64,000 nucleotides of DNA from an uncultured Clostridium sp. (lineage in GTDB: Bacteria > Bacillota > Clostridia > TANB77 > CAG-508): NCBI GenBank assembly GCA_947384775.1, contig CANDIF010000004.1, forward strand, positions 27,132 through 91,131. The letters are read 5' to 3'. The notes below the pieces were generated by a model. That model had not been told where the DNA came from and ran no database searches. It worked only from the letters and a program-made list of their open reading frames with translations. The position numbers and the translations under genes were made by a program. Shown here one piece after another: positions 10,143 to 20,062 of the stretch (positions within the stretch are counted from its first letter, which is position 1; every line of letters begins with the position of its first letter).

Positions 10143-10988
10143 GTGGTCAGAGAATTTTATATAGAAAATGGATTAGGGCAACGTTTTTCAATGATGGATA
10201 TTGAAAAATGTTGCTTTTTAAGTTTTCCAACAGGTCTTGGCTATAGTAATGATATTCAATTTATCCAAATAGAAAATGATTTTATTGCAGATATTAAAAA
10301 AATAGCACAAGGACAAATTTCGGGAGAACTAATTTTTAAAAAATATGATAATTTCAAAAAGTTTATAGATTTCATAGAAGGAGCAGAAGATTTGAGATTA
10401 GTCTACAGAATACCTTTAGAAAATGAAACTATAGAATATTATAAAGATATAGATGTATCAACAGTTGAAAAGGGAGAATTTGGAACAGATGGAGTTTTGA
10501 GAATACCAATAACTTTTATGTGTAAATCGCTATGGTATGAAGCAAAGGAAGTTGTATACAACATAGATTCTGTTACAAATGAATTAAGATGGGATTTTAA
10601 TTGGAATTCTGCATTTACATCTTATGATAATAGAAATATCATATTTGAAAATAAAGGACATACAAATGCACCATTTAAATTAGAGTTAAATGGAGAAATT
10701 ATAAGTCCAAAAATCACAATTCTTGAAGATGAAAAAGAAATTGGAATGTTGGATTTAACAGGGTTAACAATAAACTCTGGAGAAAAGTTTATTTACAATA
10801 CAAAAGATACAAGGGAGCAAATTTATAAAGAAGGAAAAGATGGGAAGGAAAATCTATTTAGTTTTTTAAATCCTAATTTTATTAACTTTTATAAATTAAG
10901 AAAAGGAGTTTCAAAAATAAGATTAGAAGCAGACAATGAAATAACAAATGGAAAATTAACAATATATGTACAGTATAAAGCTGTATAA
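10143..10988 (+). CDS. Phage distal tail (Dit)/baseplate protein
   Basis: AAGGAGG SD plus GTG; PTGLGY, F.CKSLWY, NKGHTNAPF; position after the tape measure. Confidence 0.7.
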   Translation: MVREFYIENGLGQRFSMMDIEKCCFLSFPTGLGYSNDIQFIQIENDFIADIKKIAQGQISGELIFKKYDNFKKFIDFIEGAEDLRLVYRIPLENETIEYYKDIDVSTVEKGEFGTDGVLRIPITFMCKSLWYEAKEVVYNIDSVTNELRWDFNWNSAFTSYDNRNIIFENKGHTNAPFKLELNGEIISPKITILEDEKEIGMLDLTGLTINSGEKFIYNTKDTREQIYKEGKDGKENLFSFLNPNFINFYKLRKGVSKIRLEADNEITNGKLTIYVQYKAV

Positions 10989-10999
10989 AGAAAGGAAGG

Positions 11000-11998
11000 A
11001 TGAACATGCTAAAAGGACATGTATTTAATATGCAAACGTTTACAAGTGAGGCGTTTGCTCTTTTTATAGATAAATTTTTAAATGGAAAAAGTGGTGTGGC
11101 GAGAGGATGTGAACTATCTAATACCAATAATTCAATAACCGTGGGAGAGGGATATTTTGTAGTCAAAGGAAGATTTTTACAAATTATTTCTAGTGAAACA
11201 ATTTCAAATATTACAGTAAATGGTTTTTATAGTTTAATATGTGAAATAGATTTAGGAAAAACAAATACAACAGATGAACTAAATCAGGCAAAAATTAAAG
11301 TTATAAGCAGTACAAACAATTACCCTGAATTACAAAAGCAAGATATTACAACAAATGGAACAATATATCAATATGAATTTGCAAGATTTAAAGTGGAAAA
11401 TGGCAATATAACAAATGTCGAGGATAAAAGAACTTTTATAGATTTTGATACAATCTATAATTATATACAAAAAGAGTCAGACGAAATGTTTAAGAAAATC
11501 GCTAAAGAGCTAGAACATGTACTAGATGGAAGTGCATATTGTTTAAAGAAGGATATGTTAAAAATGGAAGTAAAACAATTGAAAGATAAATTAGATAACG
11601 AAGATAGGCTTAAGGCAACTATTAGTACAATAGCAGAATTAACAGTAAGAGATATAAGAAACAATGGAGAAGAAACTAATTTAACTTACAATGGATATTA
11701 TAGAGAAATTCTAAGTTTACTATATATTGATAAAGTCAAAAAAATAATAGCGATGTTGGATGAAAAAGATTCTAACAAAGTGAAACTTATTAATTGGTTA
11801 AATAATGTAAAAGTAATGAATGCTAATTTAGACAATGCTTCAGCAGAATTTCAAGAAACGTGGCTAGGAATACCACAGAGAATAATTGCTCTTGTCAGAG
11901 AAGAATCATATAGTTCTTTTTTTATTCCAAAATCTATGGCATATCCAGATTTATCATTATCAACAATAATAACAAACCTATATAATTCTTTAGAATAG
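11000..11998 (+). CDS. Phage baseplate/tail-associated protein
   Basis: GCELS..ITVGEGYF..GR, IDL, QDI...GTIYQYEFARF; operon context. Confidence 0.6.
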   Translation: MNMLKGHVFNMQTFTSEAFALFIDKFLNGKSGVARGCELSNTNNSITVGEGYFVVKGRFLQIISSETISNITVNGFYSLICEIDLGKTNTTDELNQAKIKVISSTNNYPELQKQDITTNGTIYQYEFARFKVENGNITNVEDKRTFIDFDTIYNYIQKESDEMFKKIAKELEHVLDGSAYCLKKDMLKMEVKQLKDKLDNEDRLKATISTIAELTVRDIRNNGEETNLTYNGYYREILSLLYIDKVKKIIAMLDEKDSNKVKLINWLNNVKVMNANLDNASAEFQETWLGIPQRIIALVREESYSSFFIPKSMAYPDLSLSTIITNLYNSLE

Positions 11999-12007
11999 AG
12001 GTGAAAC

Positions 12008-13573
12008 ATGGAACTATATATATTATCAAAACAGGATTTAAGAATATTATCAATATGTAAAGTAATAGATTATGAAATCAATTTAGATGAAGAAACAAAT
12101 GCAAAATCTACATTTTCAATAATGAAAACAGAAGGGCTAACGGAAGGAAATTATATAGTATTAAATGGTTTATATAAGCAGTTTTTGTTTGTAATTCCAA
12201 GTGGAGGCATTGAAACAGAAAAGAATAGTAATAAAGTAACAGCTAATGTAGTTGACATATCTAACATATTTGATAGAAAAATAATAGAAAAAAATACAGA
12301 ACAGATGGAGAAACTTTCTATAGAACAATTTATTGCAAATAATATATCTGAAAATTTTGTTAACTCAGATGATACTCCATTGAACATGGGATATATAGAC
12401 GTATATTGGCACACAAATACAAAAGGAATTGTAGAAACTAATTCGGAAAATGGGTTATATAACTTTCGCGAATTTCTAGTAAATAGTAGAAAAAATAAAA
12501 ACATTTATACAAATTTTAAATTTGAAAATGGAAGATTAAGAATTGATATTGAAAACAAGCAGGAAAATAAAGAAATGATAGATACTACACTACCAGAGGT
12601 AACGGAATATAATAAAATATATGAAGAAGAAATCACAGCAAAAGTACAAGTATATGTTAGAGAAAACGATAGTGAATATAATTTATATTTAAAAACAGAT
12701 AGAACTACTACAACTAATAAAGATGATCCAAATAGAGTAAGTGGAAAGATAGAAGTAATAAGTGTAGATAAACAAGATAAGGCAGCAGAAGAAGCGAATA
12801 ATATAATGAAAAATAATAATTACAAGCATTTAGTGGAATTTAAAATTTCGGAAACTAGTGAGTTAATGGACGTGAAAAAATTATATATAGGAAGACCAAT
12901 AATAGTAAAGACAGAAGAGGATACCTATAATAGTTACATATCAGCGATTAAAATAACAGATGAAAATTATATATACTTTAAAAGTGGAAGTTTAAGAAAT
13001 ATGCTATTAGATAAATTAAAAGCAAGCAAAAATAGTATTGGAGATAAATTAGATAAGACTGGAGGAATAATACAAGGAAATTTAAGCATTGAAGGAAATC
13101 TTAAAATTAATCAAAAAGAAATTTTAACCTATCAGAATCATTGTAGAATGTCCATTTCCGGAATAACTACAGCACACTCTACAACGGAAATAATCAAACA
13201 CTGGGGGCAACCTATAAGCAATGGATTTATAGCAGACACAAACAATTATAGGCTAGAAATACCAGCTGGAACAGAAGCTATTGAAGTTACGGGTCAACTT
13301 TGTGGTTATGGTAATTGCTATGCATGTATACACATAAAAGATACAACTGGAAATAATCCTGCAAATTATAATTGGCAGCAGAGTGGACTTCTAGTACAAC
13401 CATATGGAAATGGTTATTGGAAACAATGTTTTACATCTGGAATTGTACAATTAGATAAAACAAAAAAATATTATGTACAATTAGAAGCAGGAGGATATAA
13501 TGGACAAGCGTTTGAGATTAATAACGGTTTTGGAGAATATTCAAGCTGGATACAAGCAAAGGAAATAAACTAA
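12008..13573 (+). CDS. Phage minor tail protein with C-terminal fibre/receptor-binding region
   Basis: 521 aa; LDKTGG..GNL fibre-type motif before a beta-rich C-terminus; precedes the holin. Confidence 0.6.
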   Translation: MELYILSKQDLRILSICKVIDYEINLDEETNAKSTFSIMKTEGLTEGNYIVLNGLYKQFLFVIPSGGIETEKNSNKVTANVVDISNIFDRKIIEKNTEQMEKLSIEQFIANNISENFVNSDDTPLNMGYIDVYWHTNTKGIVETNSENGLYNFREFLVNSRKNKNIYTNFKFENGRLRIDIENKQENKEMIDTTLPEVTEYNKIYEEEITAKVQVYVRENDSEYNLYLKTDRTTTTNKDDPNRVSGKIEVISVDKQDKAAEEANNIMKNNNYKHLVEFKISETSELMDVKKLYIGRPIIVKTEEDTYNSYISAIKITDENYIYFKSGSLRNMLLDKLKASKNSIGDKLDKTGGIIQGNLSIEGNLKINQKEILTYQNHCRMSISGITTAHSTTEIIKHWGQPISNGFIADTNNYRLEIPAGTEAIEVTGQLCGYGNCYACIHIKDTTGNNPANYNWQQSGLLVQPYGNGYWKQCFTSGIVQLDKTKKYYVQLEAGGYNGQAFEINNGFGEYSSWIQAKEIN

Positions 13574-13590
13574 TGAAGGAGGGAGAGAAT

Positions 13591-13929
13591 ATGAAAGAAT
13601 TAATGGAGTTACACTTTACAAACAATTTATGGATTTTTATATTACCATTATCATTAATGATATTAGATGTAATAACTGGATATTATAATTCGTGGAAAAA
13701 TAATGAAATTTCAAGTAGTAAAATGAGAAATGGATTAGGGAAAAAATGTGCTGAGCTATGTTATGTAGTACTCGGCACTTTATTTAATTTTGCATTTGGA
13801 ATAAGTGCAGTAATGTATTTTATGACAATATATGTATGTTATATGGAGATAGTATCTCTATTTGAAAACTGTGCAAAGCTTGGTTTTCCAATACCTAACA
13901 GAATAAAAGAAAAATTAAACAACAAATAA
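13591..13929 (+). CDS. Phage holin (family 4-like)
   Basis: LDVITG...ISSSKMRNGLGKK...EIVSLFENCAKLGFPIP. Confidence 0.85.
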   Translation: MKELMELHFTNNLWIFILPLSLMILDVITGYYNSWKNNEISSSKMRNGLGKKCAELCYVVLGTLFNFAFGISAVMYFMTIYVCYMEIVSLFENCAKLGFPIPNRIKEKLNNK

Positions 13930-13980
13930 GTAAAATATGAATATGTTATATAAATACTGAAATTAATAAGGAGGATAATT

Positions 13981-14049
13981 ATGGATGATGATGATGTAAT
14001 GAAACCAGTAGACGAAAGTTTTGAAGAGATATTTGAGGAGGATGTATAA
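13981..14049 (+). CDS. 22-aa acidic small protein between holin and endolysin
   Basis: AAGGAGGA SD; MDDDDVMKPVDESFEEIFEEDV*; its stop abuts the endolysin ATG. Confidence 0.55.
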   Translation: MDDDDVMKPVDESFEEIFEEDV

Positions 14050-14751
14050 ATGGATTGTAGAGTATTAAAAACAGGTAAATGTGAAATATCGCAAAGTTAT
14101 AAAGCTACAGGACACAATGGAATAGATTTAGTAGGTGCAGGCTATACTTTAGATTATGTAGTTGCACATTCAGCAGGTGTAGTTGTAGGCGTAAGAAATG
14201 ACATAAATTACAATACTAGTAGTGCAGGAGGACCTAAAATATATGGAAATTATGTAAAAATAAAACATGATAATGGAATGTATACGTTTTATGCACATTT
14301 AAAGTATGGAAGTGTATCAGTTAAATTAAATCAAAGAGTAGAAAAAGGTGAGGTAATAGGCTATATGGGAAATACAGGGTATTCATTTGGAGCTCATTTG
14401 CATTTTGAAGTAAGAAATGCAAATAATATTCAAATAGATCCAACGCCATATATAAATGCAGATTTACCAGGAAATAATATAGTTAAATACGTTGTAGGAA
14501 CAACATATACAACACAAGTTATATTAAAAGTAAGGGCAGGAGCAGGAACAAATTATGCACAAAAAACATATTCACAGTTAACACCTAATGCGAAAGCAAA
14601 TGCATATTCAAGCGGAGTTAATATTGGATGTTTAAAAGCGGGAACAAGAGTAACATGTTTGGAAGTAAAAAATGTTGGAAACGATATTTGGCTAAGAATA
14701 CCAAGTGGATGGATAGCAGGATTTTATAGTGGAAAAATATATGTGAAATAA
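14050..14751 (+). CDS. Endolysin, peptidase M23 plus SH3-like cell-wall binding domain
   Basis: HNGID, YGNYVKIKH, YAHL, GYMGNTGYSFGAHLHFEVR; C-terminal VRAGAG...W.RIPSGWI. Confidence 0.9.
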   Translation: MDCRVLKTGKCEISQSYKATGHNGIDLVGAGYTLDYVVAHSAGVVVGVRNDINYNTSSAGGPKIYGNYVKIKHDNGMYTFYAHLKYGSVSVKLNQRVEKGEVIGYMGNTGYSFGAHLHFEVRNANNIQIDPTPYINADLPGNNIVKYVVGTTYTTQVILKVRAGAGTNYAQKTYSQLTPNAKANAYSSGVNIGCLKAGTRVTCLEVKNVGNDIWLRIPSGWIAGFYSGKIYVK

Positions 14752-14754
14752 AAA

Positions 14755-14790
14755 ACACCCCCGCCCACAGGAGTTCCTGTGGGCGGGGTG
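14755..14790 (-). terminator. GC-rich intrinsic terminator
   Basis: Near-perfect stem CACCCC(C)GCCCACAGG/CCTGTGGGCGGGGTG with a T-tract on the minus strand. Confidence 0.8.
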
Positions 14791-14799
14791 GGCACGCAA

Positions 14800-15153
14800 T
14801 CAGTTGCCCAAAACCAATATGATGTTTTCCAGCCGGCGGTGTAAGTTTTCAAATGTCGTAGAATAGCATAGAACCTTCTGGGAAACCTCGAACCGCCCTT
14901 TTCCGTCGTTGAGAGCGTTATCGAGCTCCAACAGAAGTTCTTGCACGTCTGCCTCCATATTGGGAAACAGAGAAGGATTGTCCGTTATTTTTTTCTGGCA
15001 GGATTCCAGAAAATCGTGGAGGACCTTTTTCTCTTTTCTCGTAGGAGTGTGGTTGAGGGTATCGAGGAACTGCTTCAGGGTGTCGCTGATTGTTTTGGCT
15101 TCAGCAGATGTCTGCCGAAGTGTTTCGAAAATGGGTAACATTGTTGTTACCAT
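14800..15153 (-). CDS. GC-rich orphan hypothetical protein (start may be ATG 15141)
   Basis: 117-aa ORF between a consensus promoter and a strong terminator. Confidence 0.55.
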   Translation of the reverse strand: MVTTMLPIFETLRQTSAEAKTISDTLKQFLDTLNHTPTRKEKKVLHDFLESCQKKITDNPSLFPNMEADVQELLLELDNALNDGKGRFEVSQKVLCYSTTFENLHRRLENIILVLGN

Positions 15154-15195
15154 CCTTTCTGGGACATGCCCTAATTTATGATTGTGCTACGAATC

Positions 15196-15224
15196 ATTAT
15201 AAACTAATTTACATAAAATGTCAA
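15196..15224 (-). promoter_or_regulatory. Perfect consensus SigA promoter
   Basis: TTGACA-TTTTATGTAAATTAGTT-TATAAT (17-bp spacer). Confidence 0.8.
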
Positions 15225-15246
15225 ATAGGAAACTTATATTGCAAAT

Positions 15247-15594
15247 CTATGCTGTTGTTTTCAATTCCCTTATTTTTTGAGCGTTTTGCTCAATAACAGT
15301 ATTATAATATTTTTCAAGTTCTATAAGCCTGTCCATTGATAACATGTTCAAGGCTTTTTCATTTCCATCAAGTTCCCTTAAAAAGTTTTCTCTTTCAACA
15401 GCTATCATAACTGATTTTGCATCAACTTTTAGATCACTCATAAAATTGTCTTGAACTTGTGAGTTTGACATATCAGTAGTTTTTTCTTTTATATAGTTAT
15501 TCTGTTTATTTTCTTTTATAAAGATTTTTCTGAAGAAATTTTTAATCTTAGATATAAAACTTTCTTTATAAACGATCATTCCATTATTTTGCAT
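15247..15594 (-). CDS. Hypothetical protein
   Basis: 115-aa ORF overlapping the end of the upstream gene (KESFISKIKNFFRKIF). Confidence 0.65.
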   Translation of the reverse strand: MQNNGMIVYKESFISKIKNFFRKIFIKENKQNNYIKEKTTDMSNSQVQDNFMSDLKVDAKSVMIAVERENFLRELDGNEKALNMLSMDRLIELEKYYNTVIEQNAQKIRELKTTA

Positions 15595-17383
15595 CTTTAT
15601 ACTCCTTATTTTGAGCGCTTAATTTTGCTATTTCAGTTTGTTGCCTATGAATTATTTGTTGCTGACCAAGGATTCTTGAAACTAAAGCAGCTTTTTCAGG
15701 GCTCTCTGAAACTGTTTCTTGAGCTTCAGCTGAATCTGTAGTAGCTTTTTCTGTAGAAGTAGCGGCTATTTCTGTAGAATCTTTTAAACGTAATCCACTT
15801 TCCCCTAATTTGGCAATAATTTCTTTAGCACTTTTTTCACCAAGATTTCTTATCTTAATTAATTCATTAAATGTAAGATTAGCAATTTGATCTAAAGAGG
15901 TAAAACCTGCTTTTGATAAAGAATTATAAGATCTAACTGATAAACTTAGATTACTTAAAGAAAGAGGATCTAAATCTTGGCTAGAAGTTTTTTCTTCAGG
16001 ACTATCTTCTCTCAAGTGTAAACCATAGTTTTCTAAAACAGTAAAGACTTCATCAAAGCTTTTTTTACCAAGGTTTCTTATATGTATTAATTCTTTTTCT
16101 GTAAGATTTGTAATTTCTGCTAAAGTTTTAATTCCATATCTAGCTAAAGCATTATAAGTTCTAAGTGAAAAACCTAAATTAACTATTGCAATTCCTTCAG
16201 GTTTTCCTTCCATATCCTCTAGAGCTGTTGAATTTATTGCTTGTGCATCTAACTTCCTTTGTCTAAGTGTTTTTATAATTTCAAATCCTCTTACAAGAGT
16301 AGGATTATCCTGTATATTTTGCGTAATTGATAAGTTGCCAATGGTTAGACTTTTTTGAAATTCAGATAATTCTGCTTTTTCACTATCTGTTAAAAATTCA
16401 CTATCCATAGGAATACTTAAAGGGTATGAATATCTACGTAATTTGGAAATCAATCTTCTACGTGCTTTATGTTCTATATGTGATATTCCGCTACGAGACA
16501 AATTAAATTCTTTTGAAAGGGCAGCTAAAGAGTTAGGTGAAGTATTTTCATTTAGTTCTAATCTTCTTGTAATTATATATTGCTCTCTTTCACTCAATTT
16601 TTGAAATTCAGTGTTAAGCTGTTTACTAGAATATAAGCTTAAAGCAGGATGAGTATATGTACCTTCAGAGATAAAGAGATATATTTTATCATAATAATTA
16701 CTATTTGGGTCAAAATCAATATCTATAACAGTTCTTACAATAGAACGAGCTAATGCGTCATCTTGATTATTCTTTAATTTTCCTGCTGTAAATAATTTAT
16801 AAAAATTATCCATTGTTGTATAAGTAGATAAAATGTAACTAATGTTTTTTTCAGATTGACCATATTTTTTAGCTAATTGTTCTATTTCAGTTGAGAATCC
16901 AAATGTCCCACCAACATTTCCTTCTTTACATTTTGAAAATTGTTTGTCTGAAAGTTTACCGTGATATTTCCTATTAGTAACATAGGTATAATATCTTTGC
17001 ATTTTTTCATATTCTGCCAAGAGTTTATCGTAACTTGTATTACCTTTACAATATTCCATTAATATTTCTTGTGAAACTGGAGATGATATTCTAAGCTTTG
17101 GGTATTTTTTCATCCATGCAACTAAAGCAGTGATTTTCTCATCTATAGTAGAATCGAATTTTCTTTCTAGAAGTCCAATTGTTTCTAATCTATCTAATTG
17201 TTCTTTTGATATATTTAGATGTCTTTTTTTAGTATTTGGATTATTTATTAAGCTTCTTATTTGTATTGACCAATTTCCTACAGGATGTCCTTCGAAAATG
17301 GTGCTACTAGAAATTTTTTCTCCAGTTTGATGAAATCTTTCTAATATTTGTATTTTTTCCTCTAAGCTTACACCTATAGCCAT
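15584..17383 (-). CDS. Multidomain protein: helicase-associated-like N-terminus, sigma-70 region 4 HTH, and two RNA polymerase alpha-CTD domains
   Basis: LSEREQYIITRR...SLAALSKEFNLSRSGISHIEHKARRRL; LGFSLRTYNAL.RYGI.TL...IRNLGKKS; LSLSVRSYNSL.KAG...IRNLGEKS. Confidence 0.8.
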   Translation of the reverse strand: MAIGVSLEEKIQILERFHQTGEKISSSTIFEGHPVGNWSIQIRSLINNPNTKKRHLNISKEQLDRLETIGLLERKFDSTIDEKITALVAWMKKYPKLRISSPVSQEILMEYCKGNTSYDKLLAEYEKMQRYYTYVTNRKYHGKLSDKQFSKCKEGNVGGTFGFSTEIEQLAKKYGQSEKNISYILSTYTTMDNFYKLFTAGKLKNNQDDALARSIVRTVIDIDFDPNSNYYDKIYLFISEGTYTHPALSLYSSKQLNTEFQKLSEREQYIITRRLELNENTSPNSLAALSKEFNLSRSGISHIEHKARRRLISKLRRYSYPLSIPMDSEFLTDSEKAELSEFQKSLTIGNLSITQNIQDNPTLVRGFEIIKTLRQRKLDAQAINSTALEDMEGKPEGIAIVNLGFSLRTYNALARYGIKTLAEITNLTEKELIHIRNLGKKSFDEVFTVLENYGLHLREDSPEEKTSSQDLDPLSLSNLSLSVRSYNSLSKAGFTSLDQIANLTFNELIKIRNLGEKSAKEIIAKLGESGLRLKDSTEIAATSTEKATTDSAEAQETVSESPEKAALVSRILGQQQIIHRQQTEIAKLSAQNKEYKDAK

Positions 17384-17550
17384 TTATTATATCTCCTTTT
17401 TTATTTAAAACTTCAATTAACAATTTCATTATATTATAAAAAAATTTTTAAAACAATAGATAATAGGAAATTTCATAACAACTTAGTTGTAAAATCGCTA
17501 TAAATGTGATATAGTCAAGACGAAATTAAATGCATGGGAAGGGTATAAAT

Positions 17551-18603
17551 ATGAGCAATATCAAAAATGAAGAAGAAATAAGGAATTTTATAGAGAAAAA
17601 TAAAAGGGCACATTTCTTACAATCTCCAGAATGGGCAAAAGTAAAGACAGATTGGGAAAATGAATATGCAATTGTTAGAGATGAGAACGGCCAAATAAAA
17701 GGCATAATGAGTATTTTATTAAGAAAAGTGCCAATATTTAATAGATATATAATGTATGCACCTAGAGGATTTGTATGTGATGAGCATGATAAGGAAACTT
17801 TAGTAAAACTTACAGAAGAGGCAAAGAAAATTGCTAAAAAATATAAAGCATTTATATTTAGACTAGATCCAGATATTTCAAAAGATGATGAAGAGTTTAA
17901 AAATATAATAAAAGATTTAGGCTATAAGACAAAGAACAATATAAAGAGTATTAACCAGGTAATTCAACCTAAATATGTTTTTAGATTAAATGTAAAAGAT
18001 AGGACAGAAGATGAGCTGTTAGCATCATTTCATTCTAAAACAAGGTATAATATACGTTTAGCAACTAAAAAAGGAGTAACAACAAGAGAGGGAACAAAAG
18101 AAGATTTAAAAGCTTTCCATGAAATTATGAAAACAACTGGTTCAAGAGATGAATTCTTTATAAGACCTTTATCATATTTTGAGAAAATATATGATAGTAT
18201 GGGAGAAGAACATATAAAATTAATAATAGCAGAATATGAGGGAAAACCAATATCAGCAGTTTTACCAATAAAATATGGTAATAAAGTATGGTATTTATAT
18301 GGAGGTAGTTCAAACGAACACAGAAATTTAATGCCGAATTATTTATTACAATGGGAAATGATAAAATGGGCAAAAGAATCAGGCTGTGATATATATGATT
18401 TTAGAGGGGTTTCTGGATTTAAGTCAGAAAATGACCAACAATATGGAGTATATAAATTCAAAAAAGGATTTAATGGAGACTTTGTAGAATTTATGGATGA
18501 AATGTATATTGTATTTAATCCTGTAATGAACACTATCTTCAACATAAGTCAAACAGTATATAGAAAAGTGACGAATTTGAGAGATAAAATTATAAAAAAA
18601 TAA
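17551..18603 (+). CDS. FemABX/MurM-family peptidoglycan bridge aminoacyltransferase
   Basis: HFLQSPEWAKVK, YAPRG, KTRYNIRLA.KKGV, YLYGGS, PNYLLQWEMI, YDFRG, FKKGF. Confidence 0.9.
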   Translation: MSNIKNEEEIRNFIEKNKRAHFLQSPEWAKVKTDWENEYAIVRDENGQIKGIMSILLRKVPIFNRYIMYAPRGFVCDEHDKETLVKLTEEAKKIAKKYKAFIFRLDPDISKDDEEFKNIIKDLGYKTKNNIKSINQVIQPKYVFRLNVKDRTEDELLASFHSKTRYNIRLATKKGVTTREGTKEDLKAFHEIMKTTGSRDEFFIRPLSYFEKIYDSMGEEHIKLIIAEYEGKPISAVLPIKYGNKVWYLYGGSSNEHRNLMPNYLLQWEMIKWAKESGCDIYDFRGVSGFKSENDQQYGVYKFKKGFNGDFVEFMDEMYIVFNPVMNTIFNISQTVYRKVTNLRDKIIKK

Positions 18604-18719
18604 AGTTAACAAACAAAAGAACATAGAACTTATTAAAGTTACTATGTTTTTTTGACATAATACGCACACCTTCTTTATTTAGTTTGCATAATATGTATTA
18701 AATAAAGGGGGAATATTTA

Positions 18720-19980
18720 ATGGCAAATTATGTAATAGAAGGTGGAAAAAAACTGATAGGAGAAACATATGTATCAGGTTCAAAAAATGCTTCACTCCCT
18801 ATAATAGCAGCAAGTATTTTAAATAAAGGAACAACCACGCTATATAATGTACCAAATATATATGATACAAAAGCAATCTTGGAAATTATAAAAGTTCTAG
18901 GAGGAAAAATAGTAAGAAAAGGAAATAAAATAATTATAGATACAACGAAGATCGAAAATAGAGAAGTGCCAGAAAATTTAATGCGAAAAATTAGATCATC
19001 GGTTGTACTTGCAGGAGCAATTTTAGGAAGATTCAATGAGGCAAAGTTTTCATATCCAGGTGGATGTGAGATAGGAGCAAGGCCAATTGATTTGCATTTA
19101 AATGGTTTTAAAAAATTAGGAATAAAAATTGAGGAAAATGCTGGATTTATTAGGTGCTATTGTGATAAAATAATAGGGGCTAATATACATTTAGATTTTC
19201 CATCTGTGGGAGCAACTGAAAACATAATGATGGCAGCAGTTTTAGGAAAACGGAGAGACTATAATAACAAATGCTGCAATGGAACCAGAAATAGTAGATT
19301 TACAGAATTTTTTAAATAAGATGGGAGCTAAAGTAGAGGGCGCTGGAACAAATGTAATAAAAATAACAGGAGTTAAAAATTTAAAGAGTGTTAGCTACAA
19401 TATAATGCCAGATAGAATTGAAGCGGGAACACTTTTGTGTATGGCAGCAACAACAGGAGGGAAAATATTACTAGAAAATGTAAATATAGAGCATATAAAT
19501 CCAATAATACATAAATTACAGGAAAGTGGCTGTAAAATATACTTAGAAAAGAACAAAATACATTTAGAAGCTCCAAAAAGATTAAAAGCATTGGATATAA
19601 AAACTATGCCACATCCAGGTTTTCCAACAGATATGCAATCTATATTTGCAGCAATGCTTACAACTGCTAAAGGTACATCAATTATAGTAGAAAATATATT
19701 TGAAAATAGATATAGATATGTAAACGAATTAAAAAGAATGGGAGCAAAAATTACAGTAGAAGGAAGAGCCGCAATAATAAAAGGAACCAAAAGGATTGTA
19801 GGAGCTAATGTAAAATCAACAGATTTAAGAGGAGGAGCCGCACTATGTACATCAGCTCTTGCAGCAAAGGGAATAACAAATATAAGTAATATAGAATATA
19901 TTTTAAGAGGATATGAAAATTTAGATGAAAAATTATTAAGATTAGGTGCAAGTATAGCTAAGAAAATGGAAGATAAATAA
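18720..19980 (+). CDS. murA: UDP-N-acetylglucosamine 1-carboxyvinyltransferase, joined by a +1 shift at CGGA 19251-19254
   Basis: GSKNASLP, PGGCEIGARPIDLH, SVGATENIMMAAVLGK-(C)GGA-ETIITNAAMEPEIVDL, PDRIEAGT, PGFPTDMQ, DLRGGA. Confidence 0.93.
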
Positions 19981-20062
19981 ATATAGTTTCTAGGAAAATA
20001 ATTTAATAATGTTTTCCTAGAAATGAAATATAATAAATAGATATAACTTTGGAGGAATTTAA

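Larger units (their letters stand above)
6230..14751. mobile_element. Defective prophage remnant next to tRNA-Arg (tail tip, lysis module and morons; no integrase or head genes seen)
   Basis: Tape-measure C-terminal fragment, Dit/baseplate-like genes, holin and M23 endolysin in siphophage order; boundaries approximate. Confidence 0.75.
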
